From a virus: a stretch of DNA of 64,000 nt. The translations under genes were made by a program, and so were the position numbers. Below the pieces are notes generated by a model that was given only the letters and a program-made list of their open reading frames with translations, made no database searches and was not told the origin of the DNA. This document shows, piece by piece, positions 60,520-64,000 of the stretch (positions within the stretch are counted from its first letter, which is position 1; each line of letters begins with the position of its first letter). The stretch lies in IMG/VR virus record IMGVR_UViG_3300014627_000002, positions 13,618 through 77,617 of that record; one strand, 5' to 3'.

Positions 60520-61077
60520 ATGACCGAACAAGTAGAAAAGCCGGTATCTGATGTAGAGCAAGAAAAGCCAAAGCGTAGCCGTAAAAAGGCAGCTACAGAC
60601 GAGGTAGTTGCTCCGCAGTCTAATGATGCCAATGAAAGCGTGAAAGATGCTGAATCTGACGCACAAACCCAGCCTGAAAGCACTGGTGACGGTGAAAAGG
60701 GTCCTGAACCTGCTGCTGATGCTCAAACCCAGCCTGAAAGCACTGGTGACAGTGAAAAAGGTCCTGAATCTGCTGCTGATCAGCAAAAACCAACAGATAT
60801 TTCAAACTTCTTCAAATTGCCAGTTTTTGAGCAAAGCACTGATACAGAGCAAACTGACAACGCAGAAGAAGTTAAACCAGCTTTAGCAGCTAACCAGCTT
60901 TGTATTTTGAATAAAGGTCCGGCTTCTTTTTGTCGTATTAGCGGCAAAAAGTTACCAACTAATATGCCGAGTCTAATTAATTTTGCTTCAACGGCGCAGA
61001 AACAGCGTGCTTTAAGTAACTTTAAGCAATTGAATAACCTGGCTGGCTACGAGCGTTACATTGTGGAGGGTTCATAA
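60520..61077 (+). CDS. acidic protein with a 20-aa tandem repeat (scaffold/decoration-type candidate)
   Basis: It contains DAQTQPESTGDGEKGPEPAA followed by DAQTQPESTGDSEKGPESAA. Confidence 0.6.
   Translation: MTEQVEKPVSDVEQEKPKRSRKKAATDEVVAPQSNDANESVKDAESDAQTQPESTGDGEKGPEPAADAQTQPESTGDSEKGPESAADQQKPTDISNFFKLPVFEQSTDTEQTDNAEEVKPALAANQLCILNKGPASFCRISGKKLPTNMPSLINFASTAQKQRALSNFKQLNNLAGYERYIVEGS
60658..60777 (+). repeat. 60-bp tandem duplication (2 copies) inside a coding region
   Basis: Units 60658-60717 and 60718-60777 differ at only a few positions. Confidence 0.9.
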
Positions 61078-62384
61078 TGAGCTTATACCGTTTAGCAGCT
61101 TCATTCGGAATACTTGCCGCTTCAGTCGTTACTGATGCAGCCACTACAGGTGATTTCTTTGATCTGTATTTTGAACCACACAATATTTTTGATGAGAATA
61201 TTGCTGTTCGTGCGCAAATTTCACAGATTTCAGATGATTTTGATTTAGAAAGTCTAAAACTGAAAATTACCTTTTTTGATGACACCACAGACGATGAGCT
61301 TTACAGCTTCGTCGGCGGCTTAGGTGATGCAAGTAAGAGCAATTCACTTGTTGCAGTCATGGAAGCGAGTCAAGAATTTGCTGATGTTCAGTTAAAACTA
61401 AATATTCAACCGGATGCAGACCTTAAAACAAGCCTGGTGAATTGTCCTTACTTCAATGGCCTGAATGAGCTAGGCCGTAAAGTAACTATCGTGCCCCTAC
61501 CAGCAGGTTCTACAACTCAGAAATTTGATTTATTTGAAACTATTACTGAGCTAGACAATCCACCAACTACGCTTTATATGCAGTTTTACGACAACGTAAA
61601 AGACTATACAGATATGTTGCGTGCAGTTGCTAAGTTGAATTGCCGGATGTGGGTAGAACTGGACCCTACCTTAACCGTAGACCAGGCTATTCAAGTTGCA
61701 GAAGACTTGTTGCCAATGGACCATCGTGTACGTTTCCTATGGTCCCCAATTGTGGCCCGTCCGAAAGGTGCGGTCGGCTTATCGGGAAAGAAAGTCCCGC
61801 GCTTAGCCGGGGGTTTTGTCATTGCTAAGCACATGCTACGTGATGCTGCTACAAACTCACAAGGCATTCCGCCGTTGCATCGGCCAATTGCGAACTATGA
61901 CTATCCAATCCCATTTATCGGAATTGAACAGCGCAATGATGTAAAGCTAACTGACCCGGTGCGTAAACGTCTGGCCAATGCCTGTATCAACGTGGTCCAG
62001 CGGATTAAGTTTGATACCGGTATTCGCTTTGTAATTGGTGATGTTTTAACGGCTGAGGGTGATAACAACAGCATTTTGAAGCTGACCAATGCAAGCGATA
62101 TTTCAATGTATATCGATAATCGCCTGAAACAGATTGTTAAACGTCATCTGACCAAATCCGATGAAGATTTTATCGGTGATGCATTGAAGGAATGTAAGCG
62201 CTTTATGGATGCATGTACGACAAAAGAACGCAAATTGTTGGTACAGCCCGAAGAATTTAGCGGGCTTTATCAGCTAAGTATCGTACCACGTCAAGACCGT
62301 CCTGACGCCGTTGATATAAAAGCCCGGTATCGTCCGCACGGCGCAAAACGTGCCGCATTCTTTAATTCTGAAGTAGTTAAATAA
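61077..62384 (+). CDS. virion structural protein with tail-sheath-like features
   Basis: 435 aa with SD GGAGGG and a TAATG overlap. The C-terminal half (VPRLAGGFVIAKHMLRD..; LANACINVVQRIKFDTGIRFVIGDVLTA..ISMYIDNRLKQIV) resembles sheath C-terminal domains. The call is tentative. Confidence 0.55.
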   Translation: MSLYRLAASFGILAASVVTDAATTGDFFDLYFEPHNIFDENIAVRAQISQISDDFDLESLKLKITFFDDTTDDELYSFVGGLGDASKSNSLVAVMEASQEFADVQLKLNIQPDADLKTSLVNCPYFNGLNELGRKVTIVPLPAGSTTQKFDLFETITELDNPPTTLYMQFYDNVKDYTDMLRAVAKLNCRMWVELDPTLTVDQAIQVAEDLLPMDHRVRFLWSPIVARPKGAVGLSGKKVPRLAGGFVIAKHMLRDAATNSQGIPPLHRPIANYDYPIPFIGIEQRNDVKLTDPVRKRLANACINVVQRIKFDTGIRFVIGDVLTAEGDNNSILKLTNASDISMYIDNRLKQIVKRHLTKSDEDFIGDALKECKRFMDACTTKERKLLVQPEEFSGLYQLSIVPRQDRPDAVDIKARYRPHGAKRAAFFNSEVVK

Positions 62385-62396
62385 GGAATAAAAATC

Positions 62397-63149
62397 ATGA
62401 TGCAAATGTTTGATAGCTTAAACCCACTCAATAAACCGATGGTAGATAGCGCAGCTGCTAATGCAGTGTCACAGATTGAAGAAACTGGCCTTGATGTTGC
62501 TGCTCTTAATTCTGAAGTTCAGAATATGCGTAAAGCAGCGTTGGTCGTGGTTTTCTTACTTACTCAGGCGATTATTGATAAAGAGCTTGATGAGGATGAA
62601 CTACCTTCAGATCGCTTGGGTGCATTAATTGCAGGTTTTGCGGCTAATGATGAAACTGATGATGAAATTGAGGTTGATCAGTCTACAGTAGATATTTTCA
62701 CAGCAAACGTACAAGATGCCCTTGAAACGCTGGGTGTGAGTCAGAACGTCATCAAAACCATGTTTGGTGAGGGTGAAGAAGCAGAAGATGCAATCGAAGT
62801 TGCTGCTGAAACTGTAGAATCCAACACGCCGCAAGGCGATGATCTGGATAGCCTGATTGATCTCTTTGCCTATGGTGAGCCAGAAGAAGATGAAGGTCAC
62901 ATGCTGGACGGCGTATCACTTGGTAAAACTACTACCAAAAGCGGAAAATTTGGCAAGGTAATCTATAAAGCGATTAAAGCTATTCGTAACGGAAAAGTTT
63001 CAATCGTGAATAAGCGTATTTCTGGCAAAGTCAAATTGAGTGCAAAACAACGTGCGGCGCTAAATAAAGCCCGTAAAAAAGCCACTAGCAGCCCATCACT
63101 GAAAAAGCGTGCTCGCTCTATGGCGAAGCATAAACAAATGAATATTTAA
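62397..63149 (+). CDS. acidic protein with a basic C-terminal tail
   Basis: 250 aa with SD AAGGAA. The C-terminus is K/R-rich. Confidence 0.6.
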   Translation: MMQMFDSLNPLNKPMVDSAAANAVSQIEETGLDVAALNSEVQNMRKAALVVVFLLTQAIIDKELDEDELPSDRLGALIAGFAANDETDDEIEVDQSTVDIFTANVQDALETLGVSQNVIKTMFGEGEEAEDAIEVAAETVESNTPQGDDLDSLIDLFAYGEPEEDEGHMLDGVSLGKTTTKSGKFGKVIYKAIKAIRNGKVSIVNKRISGKVKLSAKQRAALNKARKKATSSPSLKKRARSMAKHKQMNI

Positions 63150-63176
63150 ATATTTAAACACTGTTTAAGCCATAAT

Positions 63177-63200
63177 AAAGCCTGCTTTTGCAGGCTTTAT
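63177..63200 (+). terminator. rho-independent terminator
   Basis: AAAGCCTGC-TTTT-GCAGGCTTT followed by ATTT. Confidence 0.7.
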
Positions 63201-63205
63201 TTAGT

Positions 63206-63247
63206 TAGGAATAGTGAAAAAACTGGTAGTTAAAAATATAGAAAAAT
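63206..63247 (+). promoter_or_regulatory. late-type promoter candidate (AGGAATA family)
   Basis: TAGGAATAGTGAAAAAACTGG, then AAAAAT at positions 37-42. Confidence 0.5.
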
Positions 63248-63277
63248 AGCTGTATTAACTTCTCTTGAGTCACTGTT

Positions 63278-64000
63278 ATGCCACATGAAACTACTATTTT
63301 AGAAAATGAAGTCGGTATTCAATACCAGGGCGTTAAAAATTCGAGCAGTATCCCTAGACAGGCTTCAATGGGTGGCTTGATGATCGGTACATTTAAACGT
63401 GGGCGCTTAGATCGGCCGATGACTATTACTAATGAAAATATCCGTGGTGAACTTGGTCATGACCCTGAAAACCCGCATTACATCGCCGTTCAGGATGCTC
63501 TAGCATCTGGTATACCCAGTATTCAGGTTTTGCGAACACCAAACACCAAAGATATTGATACAGGCGGGGGAGTGGTTGATGGGGAAATTAGCTGTGCGGG
63601 TGCAACGCAAGTCATGAGTATGTTTATGGTCATGAGATCAGAACTTTCACAAGAAGACATAGCCCCTGTTTTAATGGCCGCTAAAGTAATCATTAATGAT
63701 GTTAGTTATAAGTTTATGGATATGCAGACGGATGCTTTCAGCCATTTGCTAATACCTGAAATGGACCAGACCAGCACAACAAATATACCTGCAGGTTATG
63801 TCGGCGGTCCTGGTATGTTCAAAAATATAAGTAGCAATAGTCTACGCATAAAATTTGATTTTACTGAAAATAATGAAAATCATGATGCGCTTATATTACC
63901 TCCTACCAATATCCCTACCAATAATCCGACATATTATCAGGGCGCTGATAAACGTGTACTCACTGTCTGTCTTGCACCTTCAGATGGCCTTACATGCGCT
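63278..64000 (+). CDS. structural protein, 3'-truncated by the window edge; N-terminal paralogue of 14133..15119
   Basis: The frame is open from ATG 63278 to the last base (241 codons, no stop). The N-terminus is ..LENEVGIQ..GLMIGTFKRGRLDRPMTITNENIRGELGHDPENPHY..SGIPSIQVLR. Confidence 0.7.
   Translation, partial: MPHETTILENEVGIQYQGVKNSSSIPRQASMGGLMIGTFKRGRLDRPMTITNENIRGELGHDPENPHYIAVQDALASGIPSIQVLRTPNTKDIDTGGGVVDGEISCAGATQVMSMFMVMRSELSQEDIAPVLMAAKVIINDVSYKFMDMQTDAFSHLLIPEMDQTSTTNIPAGYVGGPGMFKNISSNSLRIKFDFTENNENHDALILPPTNIPTNNPTYYQGADKRVLTVCLAPSDGLTCA

Noticed and set aside
60493-60886. Overlapping ORFs on both strands across the 60-bp tandem repeat (60489..60683, 60493..60786, 60620..60805, 60647..60886).
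   Set aside because: They are repeat-generated alternative frames. The 60520..61077 frame is preferred because its ATG has no in-frame alternative in the short gap after the upstream terminator and its stop overlaps the next gene's ATG (TAATG).
62381-62396. AGGAATA also occurs just upstream of the ATG at 62397, and again at 10255-10261.
   Set aside because: At these sites it is at Shine-Dalgarno distance from a start codon, without the A-run and CTG element or a -10 hexamer at positions 36-41. It was therefore not counted in the promoter family.
1-64000. I looked for tRNA genes, rRNA, a reverse transcriptase (retron or diversity-generating element), an integrase with att sites, and transposase or IS ends.
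   Set aside because: No cloverleaf-compatible conserved tRNA boxes, RT motifs (YxDD), tyrosine-integrase motifs or terminal inverted repeats were recognised by eye. Absence cannot be proven without tools such as tRNAscan or profile searches.

Overview
This AT-rich 64 kb window reads as part of a temperate phage-plasmid. The host is probably Acinetobacter-like; that is inferred only from the Rep_3/iteron style and base composition. A plasmid maintenance block at about 15.3-19.7 kb holds a Rep_3-type initiator bracketed by 19-bp iterons, a DnaA box, an AT-rich region, a serine recombinase, ParA with a small ParG-like ribbon-helix-helix (RHH) protein, and an ERF annealase. Next to it is a divergent CI-like/Cro-like switch with a second, lambdoid-style replication module (winged-helix initiator plus DnaC-like loader). 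Rightward operons then follow. They carry three stand-alone DNA methyltransferases (MTases), many small early genes, a VRR-NUC nuclease, regulators (Fis-like, XRE, two Arc-like) and a virion module with terminase, a capsid-like protein, a sheath-like protein and a tail fibre. Lysis genes are split between a holin plus GH19 endolysin cassette at 12.3-14.0 kb and an embedded spanin pair at 48.9-49.5 kb. The left end carries a polyvalent-type anti-restriction module: a partial ORF, a pyrophosphatase-ParB protein, and a 2117-aa methyltransferase-SNF2 helicase resembling P1 DarB. The most interesting observations are: (1) seven dispersed 8-bp-phased GAAC-box arrays, one of them in the parA promoter; (2) a nine-member promoter-like family (AGGAATA..A-run..-10 at fixed spacing) in front of late-type genes; (3) dispersed GCATAA/TTATGC palindromes in front of early-type operons and in the cI/cro region; (4) a 143-aa mini-intein splitting the terminase Walker A loop; (5) a stand-alone, probably inactive copy of the terminase nuclease domain just downstream of terL; (6) paralogous triple Cys/His-repeat proteins, one coupled to a methyltransferase. 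All functional calls come from motif reading by eye, and no database search was possible.
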